In this document: in pieces, positions 36,738-50,945 of the stretch
How positions within the stretch are numbered: the stretch's first letter is position 1
How the letters are laid out: each line of letters begins with the position of its first letter
Assembly (NCBI GenBank): GCA_951406725.2
Contig: OX597839.1
Location: 29,078,001 to 29,142,000, forward strand
DNA length: 64,000 nt
Source: Octopus vulgaris
Taxonomy: Eukaryota
Direction of reading: 5' to 3'
The notes under the pieces: generated by a model
What the model saw: only the letters and a program-made list of their open reading frames with translations
What the model was told of the DNA's origin: nothing
Database searches by the model: none
Made by a program: the position numbers and the translations under genes

Positions 36738-39700
36738 GTAGAACGAAATTTAGAACAGTGCTGGTGCTGTTGGTAATGACGATGATGATGTTGGGTGAAA
36801 TATTGATTTTGAAGCTAATGAAGTAGTTGAGTGTAATTGAAGTGTAAAGAATGGAAATAGAAATAGACAGGGTGCAGGGGTGGGGATGGGTCTGGTTGGG
36901 GTCGGGGGGGGGATAATCATTGTACAACAGACACAATTGTTCAGCTCTATGTGGGCTGATATAACATGGAATGGCAGTAGTGGTAACATTACATGGCATT
37001 ATGTCAGCATGTAGACATAATACATAAGGTTATGTCATGGTACCATGTAGTAATGACAGTAGCAGCAGTGGTGGTAGTAGTAGTAGTATTGGTTTCAAAT
37101 TTAGGCACAAGGCCAGCAATTTTTGGGGAGCGTTAAGTCGATTACATAGACCCCAGTATTTAACTGGTACTTAATTTAACGACCCCGAAAGGATGAAAGG
37201 CAAAGTTGACCTCAGTGGAATTTGAACTCAGAATGCAAAGACTGATGAAATGTTGCTGAGCATCCTGCCTGGTGTGCTAACCATTCTGCCAGCTCACCAT
37301 CTTTGTAGTAGTAATAGTGGTAGTAGTAGTATTAGTAATAGTAGTACAATACTATACTACTGCAATTACTACTGAAGGTGCATGGCTCAGTGGTTAGAGC
37401 AGTGAGCTCACAATCATGAGTTAGTGAGTTCAATTCCAGACCAAACTCCCTGTTGTGTTCTTGAGCAAGACACTTTATTCACATCGCCCCAGTCCACTCA
37501 GCTGGCAAAGGACGAGTCATCCTGTGACAGACTGGGGTGGGGAACATACATGCCACAGAATCTGGGAAAGTGGCCTTATAAACCTAGGGCTCAGGAAGGA
37601 AATTTCATCCTTTGTTTTAAACTTATAGTCATACATGGATTTGTGATGACATGTAGCATTGCATGGGGTTATGACACATAGGGTACCACATGGCATTACA
37701 CTACATGAAGCTACAAGTGGTTATACTACATGTAGTATCACATGGAGATTATGACCTGAGTAGTAAATACATGTATGAGCTGAGGATTTGTAGATTAGTG
37801 TGTGTTAAGACAGATCCTAAAACTGAGAATAAGATTAGGATAGGTTCCATGTGTGTGTGTGTGGGTGCTCAGATATAACCTTGAGATGAGCGTAATAAAT
37901 GATTATGGGTGCATGTATGTCTGTGTGGTTAATAACATTGCTTCACAACAATGTGGTCCCAGGTTCAATTTCATAGTTCAGCACTTTGGTTGAGTGTCTT
38001 CTATCATATGCTCGGATCAATCAAAGTTTCACGAGTGTAACTTGAAGCGTGGAAACTGCATGGAAGCCCGTCTGACTGTTTCTGTTCTTGTGTACCATTC
38101 TAATTGGAATACTCAGTCAAGTATTCAAAAAAGGGCTTTGCTCTGATGTTAACTAAGTATCTTTGGCCCACAACACCCTAATGCAGTGATGCCTCAGGGG
38201 TGGCTTCTGTCTTCCTCTGCTCCCACTTAATCTCAGAGATTCAATGAAAAGATCTTGGGGAGAGGGATGGCCTTCCTCCTTTGTCTAAGCCAATAATAAA
38301 AAAAGAAGAGAACCAATGTTTGTATGTGCCAAGATAACACTTACACACACACACAGTCAATAGCTATACTCCACTCTGCACACATTAGAATTTTAAGATG
38401 TCCAAGTGAATAGATTAAGATATAGGTACTGCCTGTCTGAGCTAAGACTGAACCTTAAGACGTGTGCATGCAAATTAAGACAACCTATGTCCTACTGTGC
38501 TAAGAGATAACCTTAAGATATGAAAGGATAGTTTAAATATGCAGCTAATGACCATGTGCATGATAAGACATAACTTTAAGATGTGCGTGTGTGTTAATTA
38601 AGATACAACTAATATCCTGTTATGCTAAGATAACCTTAAGAGATAACTTATGACGTGTATGTGTAAGTTAAGATGCAGCTAATGCCTGTGTGTACAAAGG
38701 TAGAATTTTAACTTGTTTAATCCTTTAGCATTTAATCTAGCCATATCTGGCCCAAATATCCTCCTGTTTTAGGTTCAAACTAGCTAGATCTGGCCTATCA
38801 AACCTACCCCATAATGTCACTATAAAAATAAACAATCACACCATCAAAATCTCGGTTATGAGATAATACAGGATTAATTCAAAACAATGTCAATAGATAC
38901 ATATTACATTTGACAGGATAATCCGAATACTAAAGGGTTAATACCAACCCACCTAAGACTGTCCTTGGTTCTATGATACAAACTTCTTGACTCAAACCTT
39001 ACATCAAAATTCCTTGTTAATTTATGTTCAAAACACCAACATGATAAGGACAAAGTCATTCTACAAAATTCTTCATTATTTTAAAAATGAATTGAAATGA
39101 AAGTCGGGTATTTCAACAGAAATATAGTAACAAAAGGATTAAAGTGTGTATGAGTTAAGAGAGAGAGAGAGAGATAATGTCTGTGTGTAGAACGGATGTG
39201 TGTGTATAGGTTTATATCTACTAAGCTCTGGTTTCAGGACTTATTGACCTCTCATCAGGCAGAAATGTCAACTCAGCTTAATTTGATGAATGCAGCAAAT
39301 AAAGACAAGAAAACTGATTAAAACATTCAAGCCTCACCCATGCTACGATGGTTGGTGTAAATCTGTCAGGAATTTTAACTAGACAAAATAACATGGACCA
39401 CCATACGGCACAGTTATTGAATGGTTTTGAATGAGAAAACATATTGAAGTAACAAAATCTCTTTCTCATTTTTTGTAATTTATTTTTCATAACATTTCTC
39501 AGAAATTTCAATACTTAAGCTCCACATGGTAGTGAAAACAAATTCTATGGATTTTTATAATGTTTCTTTAAAATTGTTTTCCCCTGTTTCTTTTCCCTTC
39601 ACAGCAAGTAACTTCAATTACCCAGGCTGACACTGAATGCTAAATGCCTTCACAGTTTTCAATGGTAAAATAGTTATAAGCTCAGCAAATAGCCTACTTT

Positions 39701-40885
39701 GATGGTTAATAAATAACTGAATTTAAGCCAGAGAGAATCAGTCCCTAAGTGATCATTCATTCTGCTAGAAATAGCAATAAAATGTCTCTACAATCACATC
39801 CTACTGCCTCAAAAAAAAAAAAAAAGGACACTTTGGATAATGTACTTCAAGGTATACAAAACCATGGGATGGCCAATGCTACCACATCTTTGATTATAGG
39901 GCTACTTGATCAAAACTCCCCTAGCGTAAAGGCCCTGAAAACCAAACTGCAGATCAGTATCGGGTTGAGGATCATTTGGTACCAGGCCAGACAAAAAAGA
40001 ATAAATTTTAAAATTTCATTTCTATTTTATTGACTATCACAGTCAGCAGGGTGGTTTTGCATTATATATGTAAGGGTAAAAGGATAAAGACCTCTTTTGG
40101 TCATGGGTTTGCACCTAAAAAGCTCCCTACCACAGCACAAGTTCAGGCAAGGTTGTTTATGGAAGACCAGTGGTCACCCATGCATACCAGCCTGCCTTCT
40201 CCAAGCCACCAGTGTTATCCAAGGGAAAGGCAAAGGGGGCCAATACAGCTTGGCACCAATGACGTCACAACTCATTTCTACAGCTGAGTGAACTGGAGCA
40301 ACGTGAAATAAAGTATCTTGCTCAAGAACACAACACACAGCCCAATCCAGGAATGAAACTCACTACCTCATGATTGTGAGCCTGATGCTCTGACTACTGA
40401 TCCATTCACCTTCATATGTAATATATATTTATCATATACAGTGGAAGGTGCATGGCTTCGTGGTTAGACTATTTGGCTCATGGCAGTAAGGGCAGGAGTT
40501 CCATTCCCGACTGCATGTTGTGTCCTTGAGCAAGACACTTCATTTCACATTGCTCTAGTCCACTCAGCTGGCAAAAATTAGTTGTATTTGTAATTCAGAG
40601 GGTCAGCCTTGTCACATTCTGTGTCGTGGTGAATCTCCATGAGAATTACATTAAGGGTATGCGTGTCTGTGGAGCGTTCAACCACATGCATGTTAATTTC
40701 ATGAGCTGGCCATCCCATTGATCAGGTCAACCAGCACCCTCGTCATCATGACCGACAGAGTGCCAGTTACCATCATCTTTTAATATCCGCCTAAGTACTG
40801 CTGTACAAAAATTTGGCCCTTGAGTTACTTTTTAACTTCTGTTGATTAAATAAAAAGATATGTACACACACACACACACACGGAC

Positions 40886-41100
40886 ACGAGGGAGGTGCTG
40901 AAAAGGTCCTGGCTTTGGGTAAAAGAAAATCCAGGAGGATCGGTTAATTATGATTTTATTCAACACATTCCCTTCTCAGATTCACAGCAGTCCTTCGCTC
41001 TTTCTAAGCTCTGTAAAAGAACTGGAAAGGTTGGGCCTCCAACCAGGCCTTTTGCGATACCTTTAGAAGCCAGGGACTTTTCAGCCCCCCCCCCCTTGTG
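40886..41100. mobile_element. mariner-like MITE
   Basis: Inverted termini gagggaggtgctgaaaaggtcctggct / agccagggacttttcagccccccc. Confidence 0.65.
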
Positions 41101-41284
41101 TGTGTGCGTGTATACATATACTCATATTTGGGGTTCTATTTTCCTGTGTGTGTGCATGCATATATATATATAAAGGATAGAGGAAAAGGTTAATGATTAA
41201 AACAATTTGTGTAGTATATTGTGCTTCATGATTGGCTGGTTGATACAGTTCTGCATGCAAATGCACATATCATACAGGATGTCA

Positions 41285-41321
<37 letters not shown>

Positions 41322-44069
41322 CACACACACATATATATATACATATATATACATACATATATATATACACATATACATACATACATATATATATACATAC
41401 ATACATGTATATATATATACATATATATATACATACATACATGTATATATATATACACACATATATATATATATAAACAGATACACGTACACACATATAA
41501 CGCCACATACCCCTGTGTCTGTTGTACAGGATGTTGAGGTATATAAATAAATACATAAATGTGTGTCTTTACACACACACACACATGCATGCACACACAC
41601 ACACACATGCATGCACACACAGATATATACACATGTACATGATAGTATCATGTGCAACCAAGCAAGTCATACAGGATTTCATATATATATATATATATAT
41701 ACAGTTCTATGGGGAACTGTGTGTCGTACAGGATGTTAATATATGCAAATATATAATGTCATCAACAACCAGTCATCACTCGTGAGTGATCAATGACTTG
41801 ACAGCATTTATTGTGCTTTTGTTAATTGTTCCAAATGCCTCTATAGTGAAGGGCAGAGACAGACGCCCTCTTGTTCCCCTCACTCTCCATCGAGTGCAAC
41901 AGCCAGGATCTGAGAGAAGGATGGAGTAAAGGCCTCACCTGCACTTATGTCAGCAACCATTTACAAATGAGTAGACTGGGGCAATGTGAAATGAAGTACC
42001 TTGCTCAAGGACACCACAATGATGCCCACTCTAGGAACTGAAACTGCAATCATATGATATCATGGGTTGCAGTGGTTCTCAAAGGGGACAGTGGAAAGTT
42101 CTAAGGGGGTGATGAAGAAAAGTGGGGTGATGATGGGGTAGCGATTCATGTAAAAATTGGGGCTATAATGGGGTGGGTATCAAGGGGGCAGCAGCCTGAA
42201 AAAGTTTGCGAACCACTGGGTTAGACATTTCAACCACTACACCACCCATCTTTGCCTCTCTACCTACCTACCTACCTACCTATATATATATATATATATA
42301 CCATTCTGCTGTCTTTGACTATACTACTCTCTATCTTTGAAAACATATTTCTTCACCCTTTTCCTTCCGGTCTTTCAAAATGTGACCTCGCGTGTACCGT
42401 TGGCGATTTTTTTTCCTCTGTCTTCCCTTCTCCTATGTTTCCGACAAAGAGCTCCGCTCGAAACGTTAAACCCTCCTTCTTTCCTGAGTGTCCAATAATA
42501 CTATATTTGTTCCACGTCCTCGCGTTGTGTTTTTTTGTGCTTTCTTGTTTGGATTAACTATATATATTAAATATATATATATATATATATTCTGTTGTGT
42601 CTGGGGAGAGTCATTTTAATGTAACACACTCTCACCGGTAAAATTTCCACTTATTTCTTATTTTTATTTTCCAAAAATTTTTGTTGCGTCTTGCAACCTT
42701 TTCAATAGTCCTGACTATATATATATATACACACATACACATATATACGACGGGCTTCTTTCAGTTTCGCCTACCAAATCCACTCACAAGGCTTTGGTCG
42801 ACCCGAGGCTATAGTAGAAGACATTTGCCCAAGGTGCCACGCAGTGGGACTGAACCCGGAATCATGTGGTTGGTAAGCAAGCTACTTACCACACAGCCAC
42901 TCCTACGCCTAGAAACCATGTCACAACAGACATTTGGAGTCTGGGCAGCCGTCCATAAACAACCTTTCCTGAACTTGTGACCTGGAGGGGAACTTTCTAG
43001 GTGCAATCCCATGGTCATTCATGACCAAAGGGAATATTTACCCTTTACCCTTTATGTATATATAGGGGCAGGCATGGCTGTGTGGTGAGAAGCTTGCTTC
43101 CCAAACACATTAGATCGACCCCAGTATGCAACTGGTATTTAATTTATCGACCCTGAGAGGATGAAAGCAAAGTCGACCTTGGCGGAATTTGAACTCAGAA
43201 AGTAAAGTCAGATGAAATACCTCTAAGCATTTCACCCAGCATGTCGCTTCGCAAATGAAAATATTAGGAAACAGAGGGATGTGGTGGGTGGGGTTCAATG
43301 CCAGCAGATTGGACCAAAATAAATTCTAGTGAAATAAACAGGCTTTAATAAATGCTTAAATAACAAATTATACTAGTTTGTGAGGGAGGGTTGGTTATTA
43401 GGTTTCGGTATTTATAGTTTGGTCATTAATTGATTAATTGGTGACTTAGTTAATGAGAAATAGCACTAATTTGGTGTAATTCTGATTTGACTGACATGTA
43501 AACATGAAATCAGGTTATTGTGAAAAGAAGGAAAAAAAAATTCCATAAAACAAAAAAAACACCAAAACAACAAGCTCCCCACCACAAGAGATGTGTATTT
43601 TTAGAACGGGGGTGGGAAGGGTGGTAGTGTTGGTGGTGGGGAATGAGTTATGAAATGGATTTTAAAATTAAAATGTTTATTTATAAATGATTTGAAACAA
43701 AATCCGGTTAATTAGCAAAGAATTACATTTGATTAAAAAGCGAGAAACAAGGAGCAAAAACTTAAAAATACTAATAATAATAATAATTATAGTTTCTAAT
43801 TTAGGCACAAGGAGCAAAAGTTTATTAATAATTCTGTCTAATTTTAGCACAAGGCCAGCTATTTTTTGAAGGGATGGGGGTTTATATTGACCCCAATACT
43901 TAAGTTGTACTTATTGTTCTGACCTTGAAATAATGAAACGCAAAGTCGAACTTGGTGGCACTTGAATTGAGAAGACAGAGAGCCAGAAGAAGTACCATTG
44001 AGCATATTTATTGACATGGAACAAGGAACCAAATAATAATAATAATAATAATAATAATGATGATGATGC

Positions 44070-44600
44070 AATACCGGGCAGTGGCTCTCATAGCCTCTGA
44101 TCTTAACTGATTGGAAATGTCCTCATGTACATTGTTTTGTCTTCGTATAAAAGATGGGCTACAGCAAATATTCTGCTCAATACCACAGATTTGCTTGTCA
44201 GTTGTTTGACCGTAACCAGTTGAGCATGTCCCTTAGAGGCTGACGATATGTGCATCTCTGATCATGAGCAGAAGTAGTGGGGGAGCATCATAGCCATGTG
44301 TTGAGAGGGATTCTTTGGGGTTTGAATAATTCACCACTGAAAACATGGGTGTTTCGTTCATCATCTTTAAACAAATCTTTTTCAGGGACCTTTTGAGCAG
44401 GATGGACTACTTGACCCGAAGAAAATTCTAACTGGGCCCCATCTGTAAGGTCATATGCTGTTTATCTTGATATGAGATCACCATCTTGCATACATATGGT
44501 TGTGATCAGGCATGTGCCTGGTGTACCCTTACCAGATGGGTATACTGGGCTTCATATATTTGTACCCCAGTGTCACTTTGATGGCATGCACTGCTTCCTG
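44070..44600. repeat. Unclassified ~530-bp interspersed repeat in (AAT)n context
   Basis: Second similar copy in the same orientation at 59400-59920. Confidence 0.8.
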
Positions 44601-45529
44601 AATAATAATAATAATCCTTTCTACTATAAGGACAAGGCCTGAAATTTGGGGGAGGAGGATAGTCAATTACATCAACCCCAATACTCCACTGGTACTTGAT
44701 TTATCGACCCTGAAAGGACGAAAGGCAAAATCGACCTTGGTGGAATTTGAACCCAGAACGTATCAATGAGTGAAATACTGCTAAGCATTTCTTCCAGCTT
44801 GCTAATGATTCTGCCAGCTCCACTGCCTTAATAATAATAATAATAAACCTTTCTACTAAAGGCACAAGGCTGACACTTTGTTGATAACATCGACCCCAGT
44901 GTACAACTGGTACTTATTATTGACCCTGAAAGGACGAAAGGCAATGTAATATAGGTAGGAGCAGTTGTGATATTCTGTTCCCTTGTCAGGGTACCATGTG
45001 CGTCTGCAGAAATAAAATTCTTTCTAATTTTGACACAAAGCCAGCAATTTTGAGATGAAAGGGCATTCAATTTTGTCATCCCAATACTTTGATACTTCAT
45101 TTTATTGACCCCGAAAGATGAAATGCAACCTCAACTGGGTCAGGATTTGAGCTAAGAACATGAGGAGCCATGAGAGTACACTGGCAATATAACACAGGTG
45201 GCAGCAGCAGTTGTGATATTCTGTTCAACTGCATAGCTACGTCCCCCACGATCGATAAGTGTTGTCAGTGTTTAATTGGTGGAGTCTTGGTCAGGCTTGG
45301 AAATAAAAGACTCACACACCGAGGAACTGTTCATATGTCTGTCAATTATAAAAGTGACCGATTCGTTTCTTTATTGCGTAGAGCTAAGCTCTGTTTTCTC
45401 AATACTCGGTATAACACAGTGTGACATATTACTGATGGATGCAACACCGTATGTATATATATATATATATTAAAAAACATAATGAGATTTGTAGACAGAG
45501 TAGCAATAAAAGTATGTATGTATGTATAT

Positions 45530-45643
45530 ATATATACACACACACATTTCTATCAATATATACATATATATATATATATATACATACACATTACTATCAA
45601 TATATATATATATATATATATATACATACATACACATTACTAT

Positions 45644-45674
<31 letters not shown>

Positions 45675-45841
45675 ACTATCTATATCTATATCTATATATA
45701 TATATATATATATAGACATTATTATCAATATATATATATATATATATATATTGATAGTAATGTGTATATATATATATATATATATATACATACACATTAC
45801 TATCAATATATATATATATATATATATACACATACACATTA

Positions 45842-45881
<40 letters not shown>

Positions 45882-45918
45882 CACATTACTAATATATATA
45901 TATATATACACATACATT

Positions 45919-45974
<56 letters not shown>

Positions 45975-46078
45975 TTACTATCAATATATATATATATATA
46001 TATATATCAATATATATATATACACACACACATACACATTACTATCAATATATATATATATATTCATATACACACACA
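45530..46078. repeat. Compound (TA)n microsatellite with recurring catacacattactatcaa spacer
   Basis: More than ten spacer copies separated by variable (TA)n. Confidence 0.9.
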
Positions 46079-46835
46079 GACACAGTATATGAGAACTGAT
46101 GACAGAGGAACAATAATACTCTTTCTCTCTCTCTCTCTCTTCCTATTCATAAATGCATCTATCTCTCTATCTATATTCATATTACAAAGAGAGAGAGAGA
46201 GAGAGAGGGGGTGGGTGGGGGAGAGGGTGGTGGTGGTGGTGGCGGGGGTGGGGTGGGGGTGGAACGGCTACAAATTTTGTTGTAGTTCTGTAATGAACTG
46301 CTACAGCTATTATTCTTTTTATGTTCTCACATCAAAGTGTTCATTACTGATCTTTGTCTCTCCTGCTAATATTAACATGACGGCTACTACGTCTACGTCT
46401 ACACTACTGCAACTACTACAGTTAATAACAACAATAATAATACTAATAACAACAACAACAACAATTGACATAATAATAACAACAGTTATAGCAGCAATAA
46501 TAATGTTGCTATGATAATAAAAATAATAATAATAATATACAATAGTTTAACAAGAAGCTGATTGAATAGAATTTCAGAATTACCCAGACACTAACACATA
46601 CAAAACGCCCACACACACACATACGAGTACACACACACATACGAGTACACACACACACACAAATATACACAGATATGCATTTGTACATATTGGCACATGA
46701 TGTATATTGACAATTACGTCCACATCCGCACACACACACACACACACACACATGCATACACAGTCTCCCCAACACAGCAACGGAAAAGAAACAGATCCAA
46801 GAGAGAGAGAAACAGGAAGAAAATATTCAAGGCAA

Positions 46836-46869
<34 letters not shown>

Positions 46870-46909
46870 TATATCTTTATAAAATAATAAATCTAGTTTT
46901 TAAACTTAC

Positions 46910-46961
46910 ATTAATATTTAACTCTAGGTTTTTCCATTGTAGGTATCGTGTGTACCGATCA
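46910..46961 (-). CDS. GRK2: GRK exon (S)DRYTRYLQWKNLELNIN
   Basis: 52 nt, CAG/GTAAGT, phase 2 to 0; matches GRK2 DKFTRFCQWKNVELNIH. Confidence 0.95.
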
Positions 46962-47188
46962 CTGCAAGAAAGAAAATAGAGGTAGAGAGATGATATTGCA
47001 TCAGAGAAGGAAAGCCATAATATACAAAATTCATATACAAACACACACACATATATATATATTGGAAAATTAGTGCCAAGCTGTGTTTAGGCAGAAGCAA
47101 AATTCAGGTTAGTTAAAATATGTCTGTGGAATATTTCAACTGCTAAATGGCAAATTCACTGCAGTTTACCGTAGAGAAAATATTTCTC

Positions 47189-47351
47189 TTAAGGTAAAAA
47201 GGTGTGAAAACACCCTGTTTATTCAGTGTCGCCATCTATCAAGATTCCCAGACATTGAGGTTTCAAACTAGCTTGAAACATTGATGTTTGGGAATCCTGA
47301 TAGATGGCGACACTGAACAAATAGGATGTTTTCACACCTTTTTACCATAAG
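47189..47351. repeat. ~160-bp imperfect palindrome (foldback/MITE-like)
   Basis: ggtaaaaaggtgtgaaaaca...cagtgtcgccatctatca / tgatagatggcgacactg...tgttttcacacctttttacc. Confidence 0.85.
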
Positions 47352-47407
47352 TGAAATATAGACACACACACACACACATATACGTCTATATATATATATA
47401 TATATAC

Positions 47408-47488
<81 letters not shown>

Positions 47489-47579
47489 AGAGTTTACGAA
47501 AAAAAAAACAAAAGACGAAGACAGGTGGTGTAGAAAACAAACAGATGTATTAGTATTAACGTTCAGGAATTGGAAAAGT

Positions 47580-47615
47580 CTTTTACATTTCGAGCCTACG
47601 CTCTTCTTCAGAAAG
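47580..47615 (-). ncRNA. Minimal type I hammerhead ribozyme motif in a ~200-bp element (47485-47690)
   Basis: CTTT-CTGAAGA-A-GAGC-GTAG-GCTC-GAAA-TG-TA-AAAG; decayed plus-strand copy at 5571-5606 within 5505-5697. Confidence 0.7.
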
Positions 47616-47894
47616 GGACACAGAAAAAAACAAGTAGAGAAAAAAAATGTGTGTAGTGGCTACCGATCTTTCATGGTGACTGCTGGACATATAAAGATAT
47701 ATGTAGGTGTGTGTGTCTGTGTATATGCAGTTAAATGTTCTGTTAAGGTAAGATCAACAAGAAAAACTTGATCCAGTGAGAGATAAATATCATTTAATGG
47801 ACACAGTACAAAGATATGGGACATTAGTAGTTTCCTGCTTTTGGAGACGTGCGTCTTGGCAGGTTTTTAAGACTCAGTTTGCTTGAGTGCTTGT

Positions 47895-48160
47895 GGATCA
47901 TGTCATACGTGTTTCCTTGAGTGGATGGCAAGGCCTGCTTTGCTTTGTGCCACAAAACCACGATGACAGGTAAGGTTTGCATTTAAAGGAGCAGTGTTTT
48001 GCCAGTCTGCCTGCGTGAAGTTGATCCTGATGTTGGAGTTGTCTTTGCTCAAAATCTTTGAATTGAGGAGAAGCAGGACTGGCAACACCGCCGACTTATA
48101 TACATCGACTTTCACCTTCCACATTACATCATGGCTGTTCCAAAGCCTGTGATAAAGCTA
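47895..48160 (-). mobile_element. Decayed RTE-type LINE fragment
   Basis: Minus-strand translation RLWNSHDVMWKVKVDVYKSAVLPVLL and AGLAIHSRKH resemble the post-RT region and C-terminal zinc finger of RTE ORFs. Confidence 0.6.
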
Positions 48161-48588
48161 ATGTCAAATAGGGAGAACAAGTGCTGAATATTGCATTGGT
48201 GAATAAATATTCTTTATTTGTGAGTTAACAAGCCTACCTTGGTTTCATGAAAAGAGAAAATCACTCAACAATTATCGAGCCTGCTACATGGGAACGTCTC
48301 TTCATCTTGGAGACAATTCTCTCTCATTTTGACACATGTGAGGAGCTGATTGCAAACAAAAGCCCTCACCACTCATAGAAACTGTGTCACTGATTTCCAG
48401 TCTTCCCTGAAAGCATGCTCAGATTACTCGTCCGTCAATAGACTGGGGGGGGGGGGACTCCAGCAAGAGACAAATAAAATCCACTAAACATAGGATTTAT
48501 AGGTGAGCTACTATAAGTTTCATGCTCAGGTAGAAAATTGGAAGGTCTTGTATAGTGTGCTGTGTACTATCCTGCCATCATTCAAGCT

Positions 48589-48640
<52 letters not shown>

Positions 48641-50628
48641 TATCTTATGGCCACATTTTTTTTATGCCATTATAAAATTGAAGAATCTTTGTTAATGTCA
48701 AAAGTTTTTATAACTGGATGCTAATCCTGTTGCCAACCCTTATCTGTTTCCAAGCAAGGTAATATTTCCCCAAGGCCAGACATGTTTTCATGGAAGACTG
48801 CAAATGAACAACGCTGCTTGTATGACGGTGACATCTGAGTGTAACTAGCACATGATATCATGGCAAGAACACTCACATACACATGTATATATAAATACAC
48901 ACATCCATAATCATCTGTCACAATATTTTTACTCAGCACAATAACCGACACATCCACCTTTTCCACTCTTCTATCCTATTCTGTCAGATATTCACATTGC
49001 ACCTGGACCTCACATCTCTTTCTCTCTCTCACTTTCCAGGTAGGCAAACCCTGCATTCACCAAGACACCTATCTTGTCCCTCTATCATAGTTTCTTATTC
49101 CACCAGTCTACACCCTGCTCAGTTGTGGGGTACTTTGGCGACCTCACCGATGCTGGTGCCACATACAAAGCACCCAGTATGCTCTGTTAAGTGGTTGTTG
49201 TTAGAAAGGGCATCCAGCTGTAGGAACCATGTCAAAGCAGAGAACCTGGTGGAGTCCCCTGGTCTTTCTGTTCTTGTCAAAGCATCCAACCCATGCCAGC
49301 ATGGATAAAAAGAACATTAAATGATGAAAGCGATAGATGTGTGTGTGTGTGTGTGGTGGGGGACATAAATTTACAATAAGAAAGCTACAACAACAATAAA
49401 AAACTCCAAGTACATAAAATATGTCCCTCAAGACCCACCCATTTTCTAATTGTGTCCTGTATATTTCAGTCCGAACCAGATTTCCATTTATAAAATGGAT
49501 TTTCGGATCAATCTTTGTTAAAACATCAATTATCTGTTTAATAATTGAATTTCTGTCAATGATCTGCTTTGATTGGTAATGTTTCTTTCTGTCTGTGAAT
49601 CTTGACTTTTTTTTCTTCTTTTTTTTTTACTTGCTTTCTGAATATATTTGAAGCAAAAGAGTAGCAGGAGGGGCAGCAGCAGCATAAACATTCCAAGAAC
49701 AATCGTTGTTTTGGTAACGATTCACATTCTGCTGCTTCCTTGTTTGTCTGTAACAATTCCATGTTTGTGTGTGGTTGGGAACAACAACAACAACAACAGC
49801 CATCCATATTGAAGATGGAAGACAGTGGATGACAACAACAAAAACAATGACATTGTAAAAAAAAACACAGCTTGAAGAGAAATTTTTATTTTTCCTTTGT
49901 GTTTTACATACAAAAGAAATCTGTCAGCGATTCTCTCTGGATTACACAAGAATAAATAAATAGAAAATATAAATAAAAATGGTGTATTTTCCAGGAACAG
50001 AACTAGTTTTCTTCTCAGCTGTTTTTCTTTGAAAAAGAAAAACCTGTCATTTATGCTTTGAAAAAGAGAAATATGTATCAAGCTGGAGAAATTATGAGAT
50101 TTAACACCTTTGGTTCCGACCAACTGGATGGACATCAACTGTCATCCTTTGATCCGAAAGCTCTCTTTTAAATGGTTCATATTTAAACTGAAACCTTCCA
50201 AATGTAAGTAATTTTTAGGTGAAATCTGTTCTAAACACCAGGATTCAAAATGAATCCCACCCCGAAAAAAAAAAAAAAACAAGCAAAAAAGAAGCAAGAA
50301 ATTTATGAAATCTCTCCAAAGTCTTGAGCATTACCAAACTTATGTGAAACGCAGAGGCACGGCTTCCGAAATTGTTATGAAACGGTTAATTTGATCAAAG
50401 TGACTATATCTTAATATAAACCACCTTCAACTTTCACAATAGCAACAATTTGAGAAGATAAAAGAACAATCTCACTGATAAGGTTACATGCAGCACAAAA
50501 TATAGTGTGTACAATGAGATGTACGACTACCACTGCTTGTACTAGAGTCACATCTAAATGACCATCGTCAGCTTCCAGTAGAGTGGTCAGTCTACTACAG
50601 CGTGTAGCAGTGTTATTAGTCATGATAT

Positions 50629-50945
50629 ACTTATTACTTATGCATCCTTTTCAAGCCTAGCCAGGCTCACAGGCCCGGTTTCGCAGTTTCTGTGGCTTAC
50701 GTGTTCTCCCCAGCTGGACGGGACACCAGTCCATCGCAGCGTTACTCAAGAAACAGGAAGAAAGAGTGAGAGAAAGTTGGGGCAAAAGAGTACAGCAGGG
50801 ATCGCCAACACCCCTGGCTGGACCCTTGTGGAGCTTTTAGGTGTTTTCGCTCAATAAACACACACAACGCCCGGTCTGGGAATCAAAACCGCGATCCTCC
50901 GACCGCAAGTCCGCTGCCCTAACCACTGGGCCATTGTGCCTCCAC
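50629..50945 (-). mobile_element. tRNA-headed SINE with 11-bp TSD
   Basis: Head GTGGAGGCACAATGGCCCAGTGGTTAGGG; agtcatgatat at 50618-50628 and 50946-50956. Confidence 0.82.

Noticed and set aside
41197-46092. Y/I/H/T/C/V-rich ORFs here and throughout the window
   Set aside because: Translations of (TA)n, (CA)n and (CAT)n microsatellites.
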